A stretch of DNA of 64,000 bases. Source: an uncultured archaeon (lineage in GTDB: Archaea; Asgardarchaeota; Thorarchaeia; Thorarchaeales; Thorarchaeaceae). Position numbers and translations under genes: made by a program. Below are positions 38,879-48,890 of this stretch, piece after piece (positions within the stretch are counted from its first letter, which is position 1; the number at the start of each line of letters is the position of its first letter). The notes below the pieces were generated by a model. That model had not been told where the DNA came from and searched no databases. It saw only the letters and a list, made by a program, of their open reading frames with translations. The stretch lies in NCBI GenBank assembly GCA_964631415.1, contig CAZVZC010000001.1:68638-132637 (forward strand), in the 5' to 3' direction.

Positions 38879-39901
38879 ATGACCTTCTCAATTCTCAGGG
38901 ACGGCCCTGACATACTGAATGCACCCGTAGAAGAGGCGGACCAGGCCGCGACAGAGGGGTTTGAGAGGAGAGTACAACACTTCGGTAGCAGTCTGCTGTG
39001 CTACAGTCCCACATCATATCCATACAGAATCAGAGATCACAGGCAGACAACCCCTACGAATTTCATATCGCTGAGCGTCACAGGCAGAGCCTGTTCCCTG
39101 AACTGCGCTCACTGTAACGGACGTCTTCTTAGAGGAATGGAACCAGTGCTCACCCCAGAGGCCCTCGTCAAAAGATGCAAGGAAATCAAAGCGCAAGGTG
39201 CTGAGGGCGTGCTCATCAGTGGTGGGTCTGACACTGAGGGTCATGTTCCACTCGCTCGTTTTGCTGAAGAGATCTCAACCATCAAGAAGGAGATTGGACT
39301 GAAGGTCGTCGTTCATACAGGTCTTGTGGATGACGACACTGCTAGGATTCTGGCCAAGGCGCAGGTAGATGCAGCGATGCTCGATGTGGTAGGTGACGAG
39401 CGTATAGCCAGAGAGGTATACCACATTGAGAGCGGTCCCGCCAAGATGGACAAGTCACTTGAAGCCCTAGCAAGGAACGGTGTTCCTACCGTGCCACACG
39501 TCCTTGTCGGCCTCAACTACGGACAACTCGGCGGCGAGCTTGAAGCGTTGCACTTGATCTCCAGGAGGGCCCCTGCTGCTGTGGTCATCATCATTCTCAG
39601 CCCTATCAAGAAAACAGCCATGGAGGGCGTCAAGCCGCCGGCACCTGCCATTGTCGGCCGTTTCATGACCATAGCTCGGCTCGGGCTGGAGAGAACTCCT
39701 CTCTTGCTGGGCTGTGCCCGACCTATTGGAAAACACAAGATTGAGTCCGACAGGTTCGCTGTCAAGAGTGGCATGAACGGAATCGCGTACATCAGCCAAG
39801 AAGGAGTCGACCTTGCCAGAAGCATGGGCCTGAAGCCCGTGTTCAGGGATGTCTGCTGCTCACTTGTACCTCATGATCTGATACAGGCATCCTCCTCATG
39901 A
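38879..39901 (+). CDS. radical SAM protein, LipS1/COG1856-like
   Basis: CSLNCAHC, LLGCARP and C-terminal CC. Confidence 0.75.
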   Translation: MTFSILRDGPDILNAPVEEADQAATEGFERRVQHFGSSLLCYSPTSYPYRIRDHRQTTPTNFISLSVTGRACSLNCAHCNGRLLRGMEPVLTPEALVKRCKEIKAQGAEGVLISGGSDTEGHVPLARFAEEISTIKKEIGLKVVVHTGLVDDDTARILAKAQVDAAMLDVVGDERIAREVYHIESGPAKMDKSLEALARNGVPTVPHVLVGLNYGQLGGELEALHLISRRAPAAVVIIILSPIKKTAMEGVKPPAPAIVGRFMTIARLGLERTPLLLGCARPIGKHKIESDRFAVKSGMNGIAYISQEGVDLARSMGLKPVFRDVCCSLVPHDLIQASSS

Positions 39902-40421
39902 TTCCGCCTGCCACTTCGTAGCCAAAGTCTAGAGCCCACATACCCAATGCAGTGGGAAAGAACGAGGGCCAAACCAAGGCGGAAAGCAGTACAGCACATT
40001 TCAGGGTGAAGCGGTACCTGAAGAAGAAATGTGCTCGGGAGTTCTGTTTCATGTCAGTCCAATCGTGACCCCGTTCATCGAATGCTGCTGCGAGCAGCAA
40101 TGCCATGACCAAGACTAACCAGTTGACCCAGTTGATGACATTGGGAACTCCCCTGATAGCCAGCACGGCTCCAATGAGAAGAAAACCAATCACGAACTGT
40201 GGCTTGTTGACCTTGCCTGTGAGAAGCACGCCAATGACTATCGCGGTGAGCAAGGCCAAGTCCCATTCTGAGAGGCTCATGATCACGCCAAACAGCACGC
40301 CAGATAGGGCTAAGGGAAACCAAGCGAAACCGGGCCTGTCCAGCTCATCAAGCAGATCATCGCCCATCTTCAGAGTGAGGCCTGCCAACCAGTACATGAC
40401 AAAGTAGACAATCCACCACAC
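39843..40421 (-). CDS. hypothetical multi-pass membrane protein
   Basis: Several TM segments, K.GDD..DE motif. Confidence 0.75.
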   Translation of the reverse strand: MWWIVYFVMYWLAGLTLKMGDDLLDELDRPGFAWFPLALSGVLFGVIMSLSEWDLALLTAIVIGVLLTGKVNKPQFVIGFLLIGAVLAIRGVPNVINWVNWLVLVMALLLAAAFDERGHDWTDMKQNSRAHFFFRYRFTLKCAVLLSALVWPSFFPTALGMWALDFGYEVAGGIMRRMPVSDHEVQVSSRHP

Positions 40422-40467
40422 CCTCTATCATCTCACAAGTGCCGAGATTGGAGTGGCTCCTCAGACT

Positions 40468-40535
40468 CACCTCAGCTTAACTATGACTCATCATTGGACT
40501 TACGTCCTAGGATAGCCTTTGGTCATCATTGGATA
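40468..40535 (-). ncRNA. box C/D guide sRNA
   Basis: Minus strand: C ATGATGA (40529-40523), 12-nt guide, D' CTAG, hairpin GGAC-GTAA-GTCC, C' ATGATGA (40494-40488), 12-nt guide GTCATAGTTAAG, D CTGA (40475-40472). Confidence 0.85.
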
Positions 40536-40590
40536 GTCCAAGGGACTCCTCCAAAGGAACTGAATATCCCGATAAAAGATGTTGTTGGAC

Positions 40591-40875
40591 TCAGAGAAGG
40601 GCCACGGGCGTACCCAATGCCTGTCCGGGTAGGTTAGTTCGGAACTTCGCACGGACCGCCCCACTGTTTCCATGCACGCCGAGCACCTTTCCAAGGAACT
40701 CGCTTCCTGATGCAGAAACCCACTTGATGTCCCGACCAACAAGGACTGCGGCTCCACTCTTTGATTCGACACCATCAAACTGCAGAATGACTTGGCCATG
40801 GTGCTGGAGGTGCTTTCCTCTACGATAGCTAATAACGACGCCCTTGCGGCCTTTCATCACATTGCTTGTAGACAT
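40591..40875 (-). CDS. rpl35ae: 50S ribosomal protein L35Ae (eL33)
   Basis: SYRRG, HGNSGAVRAKFRTNLPGQALG. Confidence 0.95.
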   Translation of the reverse strand: MSTSNVMKGRKGVVISYRRGKHLQHHGQVILQFDGVESKSGAAVLVGRDIKWVSASGSEFLGKVLGVHGNSGAVRAKFRTNLPGQALGTPVALL

Positions 40876-40977
40876 GGCATCTCCTCGTATTGTGGGTTCC
40901 CGATGCTGCTCGCCAGACCACATTTAAGACTTACTGAATGATAGCAGATGGCCTCTTGGCTCCACCCCTCTGCTTGA

Positions 40978-41628
40978 CTATTCGATGTCAGCACCCGCCT
41001 TCGACTTCTGACCGGTTCCCGGAGTCTTTCCACGAGCCCGTGCTTGTTCTGCGAGATGATCCAGCTCCTCACCCTTCTCCATGAGCACGTCACGTACTGA
41101 CCAGCCTACGCTGTCCTCTTTCAGCGCGACTCTGAAGACTGCAAACCACTGTCGTCCATCCCGCATCGGTCCCTGCCTCAGAAGCTCATCGGTCAGTGTT
41201 CTCGCCCGGCCTATCTTGTCGACCGATGCACTGATGTCATCGTAGATGGCTCTCTCAATCTTCGCAACGCCTGCAACACGTGAAGCTGTCTGGACTGTAC
41301 TCAGGAAAGAGAGTACGACGACAAACAGTAGGTAGGGCAGGTCTTGCACCAAGTAGTCGATAGTAGCCAAGACAATTGCTACTGCAAGGGCCAGCAGAAC
41401 TAGAATGGTTTCGAGAATCAGCCCATCAAGAACGGCATTTCGTGTGGCTGACATTTGCCACCCGGAGTATTTCGAGAGTGGTGAAGATGGTTTGTGGTAG
41501 TGAGTAATGTCGTTGATGTAACGATCGCGACCTTTCTTGGCCAACATGACCCATATTGTCTGAGCGATAAGACCCAACATGATAATGATAATGCCGAGAT
41601 CCGAAACTGTCACCAGCGGCATCTGCAT
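40978..41628 (-). CDS. hypothetical membrane protein
   Basis: Three TM segments and a soluble C-terminus. Confidence 0.7.
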   Translation of the reverse strand: MQMPLVTVSDLGIIIIMLGLIAQTIWVMLAKKGRDRYINDITHYHKPSSPLSKYSGWQMSATRNAVLDGLILETILVLLALAVAIVLATIDYLVQDLPYLLFVVVLSFLSTVQTASRVAGVAKIERAIYDDISASVDKIGRARTLTDELLRQGPMRDGRQWFAVFRVALKEDSVGWSVRDVLMEKGEELDHLAEQARARGKTPGTGQKSKAGADIE

Positions 41629-41903
41629 GGGCTATCCGCCTCCATATCTCACGTTTAAGCGTATTGAAACACTTCAGTGGAAGATTACTTTCTGTGTTCC
41701 CTCTAGGCACCACACGTCCTCTCAGTTCCACATTGTACTCCCAGAAGGCTGAATCATGCTTAGTACACACGTTAAGACACTAGTTCTCTAGTGCGCAGGC
41801 CCGGGTTCAGCCCTCCCGGGAAGATACCCGGACCTGCGTATGCACCTGAGCCTCCACAGAATGCTTTATCACTGGTGACCGTGGCCAGACCTGATTGATC
41901 ATC

Positions 41904-42839
41904 ATGGAGCGGGTACAGCACATCGACCCCGAGAAAGACACATCCGTTGCAGGGCTTGTACGTGCCATGGAGCGGGTCGGGGTTCTTGGAGCAGGTCGAC
42001 TTGGCAGGGCTGCAGCAATCACTTCAAGAATGTTCAACGACCCCGACTGTTTCACATTCCTCTCCCTGTCTGGTCCCATGGTCCCCGGTGGGCTACGAAA
42101 GGTTGTGATGCACCTTGTCCGAAGTGGATACGTAGATGCGATTGTCACTAGCGGAGCAAACATAGTGCATGACATTGTAGAGGCATATGGCGGCGCACAC
42201 TATAGAGCACAGAGTTCCACTGATGACAAAGCTCTCCGGAGCAAGGGTCTTGGCAGGATAGGCGACATCTTGGTCCGTGAGAAGGACTTTGCGATATTCG
42301 AGAAGGGGATCTACGGCTTTCTAGACCAGCTGGACCCTCAGAAGACCGCCAGTATGGCTCCGAGCGAGTTCCTGAGAGATCTCGGGCTGACACTCTCTGA
42401 TGATGAATCCATAGTGCGTCAAGCGGCCCTCAGGAGCGTGCCTATCTTCTCCCCAGGCATCATGGACTCGATGCTGGGCTTCCACATATACGCCTACAGC
42501 ACAACCAAGAAGTTCACTCTGGACTTTGTCAAAGATCTTAGAATACTCGGAGAGATAGTGCGGAAGGCGAAGAAGACTGGAGCCATTATACTGGGTGGTG
42601 GTCTCAGCAAGCACTTCACTATGGGCTGCACAATCCTTAGGGGTGGTCTGGATCTCGCAGTTCAGATAACGCTTGACCGCCCTGAAGGAGGTAGCCTCAG
42701 TGGGGCTCCTCTTGTCGAGGGCATTTCTTGGCAGAAGGTTCAGACAGATGCAAAGTGCGAAACGGTCATTGGTGATGCCACGATTGTCTTTCCTCTACTC
42801 GTTATAGCAGCGCTCGCCGGGCCGGAAAAGAGCACGTGA
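41904..42839 (+). CDS. dys: deoxyhypusine synthase
   Basis: SGANIVHD, ILGGG..KH, GGSLSGA..EGISWQK (active-site Lys), GDATI. Confidence 0.92.
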   Translation: MERVQHIDPEKDTSVAGLVRAMERVGVLGAGRLGRAAAITSRMFNDPDCFTFLSLSGPMVPGGLRKVVMHLVRSGYVDAIVTSGANIVHDIVEAYGGAHYRAQSSTDDKALRSKGLGRIGDILVREKDFAIFEKGIYGFLDQLDPQKTASMAPSEFLRDLGLTLSDDESIVRQAALRSVPIFSPGIMDSMLGFHIYAYSTTKKFTLDFVKDLRILGEIVRKAKKTGAIILGGGLSKHFTMGCTILRGGLDLAVQITLDRPEGGSLSGAPLVEGISWQKVQTDAKCETVIGDATIVFPLLVIAALAGPEKST

Positions 42840-43222
42840 AGGGTGCTACCCCTGACCACTTGGCCGCATAAAGGACAATCTCAGAGTGAGTTGAATCTGC
42901 AGGATAGCGGCCCGAGTCACTTGAAGAATCTTTGCGTTCTATTTCAATGATAAGAGGGCACCGACGGCCTCAATGTGATTTCGTACGAGTACCAAGAATA
43001 CTCACAGTGTCGGGACGTCAGACAGTCGCACTAACTGGGAGTCCTGTGTTCATATCCACATTGGAACTGACTGCCTACTCAAAGTCGGCGGACACTCATC
43101 TTCCCAGAGGCCGCCATCAAGACGCCATCCACTCGTTCGTGCCACAACCCTTTTATTGAGTGCCAAGAGGCTCTCCCTGAGTCTGAGCAGAGAGGCCTAT
43201 AGAACAGCCTCAGGTGAACGAT

Positions 43223-43765
43223 ATGGGTAAGCGTCCAGGCCGCTGTTATAGGGAATGCGATCGGCCCGCGTTTATGCGGACCCGGTATATCCACAGGCAA
43301 CCAGCGTCAAAGATAGCCAGCTTTGACATGGGTGCTCCCGAGCTTGATTTTGAAGTGGAGATGTCGCTTGTCGGTATGGAGCGGTGTCAGATTAGAAACC
43401 AAGCGCTGGAGGCTGCGCGTGTAGCTGCTAACCGGTACATCACCAAGATGCTCCCTAGGGATAAGTTCCACTTGAGGGTACGTGTCAAGCCTTACCAGTG
43501 GCTTCGCGAGAACAAAATGGTCACAGGTGCTGGGGCAGACAGAGTCCAAGACGGGATGCGAAAGGCATGGGGCAAGGTGATCGGTAGCGCGGCACGTATT
43601 CGACCCGGACAGGCCGTGATTACGATACGAGTCGACAGAGGCCAAATCGACGTGGCTCGACTAGCACTTGAGAAGGCTGCACCAAAAATACCTACACCAT
43701 GCAGGATAGTGTTTGACAAGATCGATCCTGAGTTGAAACGCAAGCTCGGCTATGGTGCGGAGTAG
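43223..43765 (+). CDS. rpl10e: 50S ribosomal protein L10e (uL16)
   Basis: RPGRCYR, ALEAARV, LRENKM..AGADR..GMR..WGK. Confidence 0.96.
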   Translation: MGKRPGRCYRECDRPAFMRTRYIHRQPASKIASFDMGAPELDFEVEMSLVGMERCQIRNQALEAARVAANRYITKMLPRDKFHLRVRVKPYQWLRENKMVTGAGADRVQDGMRKAWGKVIGSAARIRPGQAVITIRVDRGQIDVARLALEKAAPKIPTPCRIVFDKIDPELKRKLGYGAE

Positions 43766-44496
43766 TCCTCCTTCTGTTTCTCACACACGATATCCCTTAG
43801 CAGACGGGCGAAACCGGTCAGTGTGAATGCCTCCCTTCCTGTCAGATATGCCCGACCTAGCAGATTCCTGAAGACGCGCTTGGCTCTGGGTCTTCTGTGC
43901 TCCGGCATCGGCAGCCGGTCACTCACTTCATCCATGAACTTGCAGATTTGTTCGCGCTCTTCTCTTGTCGCTGGTCGTGCCTCGCTCCGCGTTCTTTCTT
44001 TCTTGGGTGCATGTCTCATGAAGAGATCATACAGGGTGATAGCAACAGCGTGGCTCAGGTTGATACTCGGATACCTCGCAGAGGTGGGTATCGAAAAGGC
44101 CAGATCACATGCATCGACCTCCTTATTGTAGAGCCCGCAACTCTCTCTCCCAAAGACCAATGCTACACGCCCACCCAGTGATGTGGGGTCAGGCAGTTCC
44201 ATCAGCGGCACGACCGCACGGGAAACGCTTAGGTTTCCGCCAGACCTTGCAGTTGCTGCCCATGCGACTTCTGAACCGGCGAGGGCCGAAGGTAAATCAG
44301 GGAAGATTTCAGCAGACTCAAGTATGTCCAAAGCGTGGACAGAGAACATCCGTGCCTGTTCATCTTGCCGGGGATCCGCACCGACTATCCGTAGGGTTGA
44401 AACCCCGTAGTTTGCCATGGCTCTCGCCACAAACCCAACGTTGCCGGGTGATTCCGGTTCGACAAGTACTATGAAGAGGCTTGGTAACTCTGTCAA
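43750..44496 (-). CDS. trmJ: TrmJ-family SPOUT RNA methyltransferase
   Basis: VLVEP..PGNVG..ARAM.N, VFGRE..GL, SINLSHAV. Confidence 0.88.
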   Translation of the reverse strand: MTELPSLFIVLVEPESPGNVGFVARAMANYGVSTLRIVGADPRQDEQARMFSVHALDILESAEIFPDLPSALAGSEVAWAATARSGGNLSVSRAVVPLMELPDPTSLGGRVALVFGRESCGLYNKEVDACDLAFSIPTSARYPSINLSHAVAITLYDLFMRHAPKKERTRSEARPATREEREQICKFMDEVSDRLPMPEHRRPRAKRVFRNLLGRAYLTGREAFTLTGFARLLRDIVCEKQKEDYSAP

Positions 44497-44532
44497 GGCC
44501 TAGTGCCACCACAATCCAGTCTTCAAGAGGAG

Positions 44533-45708
44533 CTACCTGTGCAGAAGCTGCAGTACATCACCATCTTGAAGCGGGTAGTTCAGACCTACTTGTCTCCGCT
44601 TTATCTTGTCGTTCTCTCTCAGGATGATTGCAGAACGGAACCTCTCCACGAATAGCTGCTTGTGTATTTTCCTAGCGGCGTCTTCCACGATTGCACCCTC
44701 CGGAAGAACAATGGGCTTGGTTTCAGGCTTCTTGCCTGGAACTTTCGTGTAGATCCTTAGGATGTCAAGATGGTTGTACAGGGCCCACTTCATCGCCTCG
44801 AGGTTCTCTCCGCGGACTGCCGAAACGGGCACGATTTCAAACCTGCTGCCATACTTCGCCTTGAGCTCCTTGTATCGTGTGCTCGAATCCGTCATATCTC
44901 CCTTGGTTGCAACTATTAGTGCCCTGACATAGGCAACACTTGTATCCAAGGCGTCTATGAACTGCTGGAACGTCGCTGGTTTCTGGAATCGGACTATGAC
45001 ATTGACCACTTTGCGGGCCCTCAGGTACTCATACACCTCCAGTATGTCCCCTTGGTAGTTCTGAGCACCATAGACCATTTGGCCGCCCATCCCGACTCGC
45101 TCCACTCGTACTGCGGACTTCTCACGATTGAGACGAATTCTGGCCCGTTCAATCTCACCAAGAACCACATGCATTTGGGGCTCTACATCTTGAGATAGAT
45201 TCACCAAGATGACAATGCAGTCCGCCCCTCGCGCCAGAGCTAATGATTGCCTGCCAATGCTTGTGTCATAGCTGCCCTCAAAGACGCCTGGCAGTTCAAC
45301 CATCTGGATGTTGATGTTCTCAAACGTCATCATCGCAGGGGTCGGGACCGTTGTCACAAAGGGGTAGTCGCCGACTGCCAGACTCGCATTCGTGACTGCG
45401 TTGATTAGGGTGGACTTCCCGCTCTTGGTCATTCCAACAAGACAGACTTGTCCTGCCCCCTCTTTTCTGATGACTCCTTCCTCGCCGCCCGAGCTTCTTC
45501 GGACACGTTCAATCTCCTTCTTCTTCTCGAATTCGGCCTTGTGCCGCGCAAGCTTCTTCCTGTAGTCGGATACCATCTTCACTGCTCCCTTGTGGTGGGG
45601 AGCAAGAGCCAGAAGCTTCTCCAGTTCTATGATCCTCTGTTCTAGCGACTCTGCATCTTCATACCGTCGTCGTTGGGCCTCGAACTGGGGGGTCACATTG
45701 GTGGGCAC
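44533..45708 (-). CDS. DRG/OBG-family GTPase with TGS domain
   Basis: MPTN, HKG, GAGQV..G..KSGKST, YPFVT, RIYTK.PG, DGDV. Confidence 0.88.
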   Translation of the reverse strand: MPTNVTPQFEAQRRRYEDAESLEQRIIELEKLLALAPHHKGAVKMVSDYRKKLARHKAEFEKKKEIERVRRSSGGEEGVIRKEGAGQVCLVGMTKSGKSTLINAVTNASLAVGDYPFVTTVPTPAMMTFENINIQMVELPGVFEGSYDTSIGRQSLALARGADCIVILVNLSQDVEPQMHVVLGEIERARIRLNREKSAVRVERVGMGGQMVYGAQNYQGDILEVYEYLRARKVVNVIVRFQKPATFQQFIDALDTSVAYVRALIVATKGDMTDSSTRYKELKAKYGSRFEIVPVSAVRGENLEAMKWALYNHLDILRIYTKVPGKKPETKPIVLPEGAIVEDAARKIHKQLFVERFRSAIILRENDKIKRRQVGLNYPLQDGDVLQLLHR

Positions 45709-45737
45709 TCGAGGTCACACACTCCCAAGCACGGCGT

Positions 45738-46358
45738 CTACGGATACCTCTCGCGGGGTGGTGTTATAGATGTTTCTTCTGGACTTTGCCCGACACTATC
45801 GCAATACAGGTTCACATCCAGAATGAAGCGCTCCGGGTGAGGTGGGCGGGGAAGCAATACCATGTGGCGCTTCTCAAAGTACCGACTCAGCGTTCCTGAA
45901 ACAACGTATACGAAGGTGCCGGTCTGAGAGATGCCGCTGCAGCCAGATGGCCTGTCCGACTGCGTTGCCGCGACTTGTATAGCACCTGATGGTCCCTGTT
46001 CGAGCATGTGTTCCAGATCGGTCCTCGAAACAGTAATCCCATTGTCTAGGACACGCGTGGTACCAGAGGTGACTCCTCTCAGGGCTTCTGCACCCTTCAT
46101 GATGAAGAAGGAGATAGACCTCTCATCAGGTGAAACCCTCTTCATTCTGTCCCCCGGAAACGAGATAACACGAAGGTCCGTTGTATCACCCGCCAAGAGA
46201 CTCATCTGGACATCTCTGCGTATGCCATCAGATATGAAAAGTGCCACGTTCACGCATCTGCAGGCTGTCACCATCTCAGGGCAGTTAGATCCGGAAATCA
46301 CCTGTGTTTGATCAACTTGCAGATCCCCGAATCCAACAACAAAGTGGCGCTTGATCAT
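45738..46358 (-). CDS. TrmY-like SPOUT methyltransferase (divergent)
   Basis: RCVNVALFISDGIRRDV, SPDERSI. Confidence 0.6.
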   Translation of the reverse strand: MIKRHFVVGFGDLQVDQTQVISGSNCPEMVTACRCVNVALFISDGIRRDVQMSLLAGDTTDLRVISFPGDRMKRVSPDERSISFFIMKGAEALRGVTSGTTRVLDNGITVSRTDLEHMLEQGPSGAIQVAATQSDRPSGCSGISQTGTFVYVVSGTLSRYFEKRHMVLLPRPPHPERFILDVNLYCDSVGQSPEETSITPPRERYP

Positions 46359-46421
46359 CCAACCCCCTCCTTGATAGAGGGCCTGCGGCAGCTGCTCTTA
46401 GACTGGGCATCTGCATACACA

Positions 46422-47765
46422 TCAAACACCGGACAGACCCGGTATGCTTGGCAGGCCTCCTCTCCTGCCCCGCCGTGACTTCCCGAAAGCTTTCAGCATC
46501 CTCTTCATCTGTTCGTACTGCTTCAGCAGCTCTTTCACGTCACTCGCCCTTGTCCCGGATCCCATAGCAACCCGTCTGACGCGCGAGGACTTGATTAACT
46601 TCGGGTCATCGAGCTCATCTTTGGTCATCGAGTTCATGATGACTTCGAAACGTTTGAGATTCTCCTCCTGCAGCTCCGCGACATCTTCAGGCAGCTTGTA
46701 CTTCAGTCCGAGCATCTCCATCACCTTCCCTAGCGGCCCCATCTTTTTCAGCTGTTTGAGCTGTGCCATCATGTCGTTTAGGGAGAACTGCCCTTTCATG
46801 AGCCGCATCGCTGCGTCCTCATCAACCTCTACTTGGGCCTCTTTGACCTTCTCGATTAGCCCCTTGATATCAGACATACCGAGGAGGCGACCGGCGAACT
46901 TAGTGGGGTTGAAGGGCTCAATAGCATCTATGCCCTCTCCGACTCCTATGAATTTGATCGGAGCTTGTGTGGCTGCCACAGCTGAGAGTGCGCCACCGCC
47001 TTTCGCACTGCCGTCGAGCTTGGTGACAATGATTGAACCAATGTCAGTAGCCTTCTTGAAGGCCGAAGCTTGTACACCTGCTTGCTGCCCGAGCGTACCA
47101 TCAACAACGAGGATGATCTCCTGTGGGTTGATAGCTTTCGCGATATCCTGCATCTCCTTGATCAGGCTGGTTTCCTCTCTATGTCGACCTGAAGTGTCTA
47201 CGAGTATGAGTTCGACACCTCTCTTCACCATCTCCTCATAGCCGCGCTTCGCAAGCTTCACGGCATTCTTCTCGGTTTCATCGCCATAGAATGGCACGTT
47301 CGACTTCTCGGCCAGTTGCTTCAGCTGACTGAAGGCACCGAGTCGAAAGTTGTCTGCACATACCACGCCTGTCTTGATTCCCCTCTTCTGGTAGTAGCGG
47401 GCCAGCTTGCCTATAGTCGTTGTCTTCCCCGAACCTTGGATACCAACCATCATCACTAGGTTTGGCTTGCCTGGATTGATGGTCAACGGGACTGCCTTCT
47501 CTCCCAAGAAGTACGCAAGACTGTCCCAGACCACCCGAATGATGTGTTCCCTACGAGAAACGCCCCTTGGAAGCGACTCGTCCAGCGCCTGCTTCTGGAC
47601 TCTTTCAGTTATCTGCATCACAAGCGCAACGTCCACATCTGCCTGCAAGAGAGCACGCTGGATGTCCTTCACCAGCTCCTTCACGAGTTCCTCGTCAATG
47701 ACGCCCGCTCCAAACAGCTTCTTCAATGCCGAGTTCAGAGCCTTGCCTAGGCCGTCCAGGACCAT
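46422..47765 (-). CDS. srp54: signal recognition particle protein SRP54
   Basis: GIQGSGKTT, DTSGRH, TKLDGSAKGGG, M domain with SMT..E and R.A.GSG. Confidence 0.97.
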   Translation of the reverse strand: MVLDGLGKALNSALKKLFGAGVIDEELVKELVKDIQRALLQADVDVALVMQITERVQKQALDESLPRGVSRREHIIRVVWDSLAYFLGEKAVPLTINPGKPNLVMMVGIQGSGKTTTIGKLARYYQKRGIKTGVVCADNFRLGAFSQLKQLAEKSNVPFYGDETEKNAVKLAKRGYEEMVKRGVELILVDTSGRHREETSLIKEMQDIAKAINPQEIILVVDGTLGQQAGVQASAFKKATDIGSIIVTKLDGSAKGGGALSAVAATQAPIKFIGVGEGIDAIEPFNPTKFAGRLLGMSDIKGLIEKVKEAQVEVDEDAAMRLMKGQFSLNDMMAQLKQLKKMGPLGKVMEMLGLKYKLPEDVAELQEENLKRFEVIMNSMTKDELDDPKLIKSSRVRRVAMGSGTRASDVKELLKQYEQMKRMLKAFGKSRRGRRGGLPSIPGLSGV

Positions 47766-47889
47766 CTGCTGTTCACCATTTCAGTTTCGACCACTCTGTG
47801 GGTTCAACATATCAAGCTTCGCCTCCATGTTTCGGGGCAATGCCTAAAACCCAGTGATGCTTGTCTTCGGACAGGGACAGGGTGAACAA

Positions 47890-48381
47890 ATGGCCGGAAC
47901 CGAAACTGATGAGAAGCTAAGGATTGACAAAATCAGGGATGGTACCGTGATAGATCACATCAGAGCGGGACACGCCCTTGAAGTGCTTCAAATCCTGGGT
48001 ATCACGGGGAAGGAAGGAGCTACCATAAGCCTCGCGATGAATGTCGGTAGCTCTAAGATTGGCCGCAAGGACATTCTGAAGATTGAAGCCAGAGTCCTCG
48101 GTGACGAAGAGGTTGCCAAGATTGCACTCGTTGCTCCTGAAGCGACCATTAACATAATCCGAGAAACAAAGGTCGTGAAGAAGACCCGTGTAGAGCTTCC
48201 GGACATCATCACCAACGTTGTCAGATGCCCGAACACTCGGTGTATCACTAATCAAGAGCGCGAGCCTATCCATCCCAGATACAAAGTGGTTTCTCACTCA
48301 CCGATTGAGCTGAAGTGCCTCTACTGTTGGAGTCTTGTCAGCGGGGAAGAAATCATATCACAATTCACAGAGAAAAAATGA
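47890..48381 (+). CDS. pyrI: aspartate carbamoyltransferase regulatory subunit
   Basis: GTVIDHI, KDILKIE, CPN..CIT, CLYC. Confidence 0.96.
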   Translation: MAGTETDEKLRIDKIRDGTVIDHIRAGHALEVLQILGITGKEGATISLAMNVGSSKIGRKDILKIEARVLGDEEVAKIALVAPEATINIIRETKVVKKTRVELPDIITNVVRCPNTRCITNQEREPIHPRYKVVSHSPIELKCLYCWSLVSGEEIISQFTEKK

Positions 48382-48539
48382 CCCCTTAGTATGGATGCAG
48401 ACGTAGCCATCCTTGGGGACATCCCAAGGTCCGAGGCACTGATGTGCTTCTTGGATGCATTACATCACGCGGGTGTCCCGAACCTTTTTAATGGACTGTC
48501 TGTGCAGACATGGCGTTTCCAATGACAGAGTGAGTCCCC

Positions 48540-48863
48540 ATGGTCAGCGACAGAATCGCAATCATAGGCGACAGGGACACGGTCATCGGGTTCCGTATGG
48601 TCGGAGTCGGCGAGAGTTCGATTCCTAGCTCTCCAGAGGAAACCAGAACAAAGCTGCTTGAGTACTTCAGAAACCCCCGTATGGGACTAATCCTCATAAC
48701 GGAGCGTCTTGCCTCCGAAGTCGAAGACACAATCATCGAGCTCTCTCAGGCTCCAGTTCCTGTCATCCTGCTAATCCCGGATAGGCTGGGCCCCACGGGG
48801 ACGCATGAGGTGGTTCTGAAGGAGCTGATACGTAGGGCCGTTGGTGTTGAGATCAACATGTAG
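48540..48863 (+). CDS. atpF: A/V-type ATP synthase subunit F
   Basis: IAIIGDRDTVIGF...LIRRAVG. Confidence 0.93.
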   Translation: MVSDRIAIIGDRDTVIGFRMVGVGESSIPSSPEETRTKLLEYFRNPRMGLILITERLASEVEDTIIELSQAPVPVILLIPDRLGPTGTHEVVLKELIRRAVGVEINM

Positions 48864-48890
48864 TTGCGTGCCATGATAGGGTGAACGACT

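Noticed and set aside
42840-43213. Possible TGA-readthrough (selenoprotein) ORF or ncRNA upstream of rpl10e
   Set aside because: The frames I translated gave no recognisable protein, and no SECIS-like or RNA-family motif was evident
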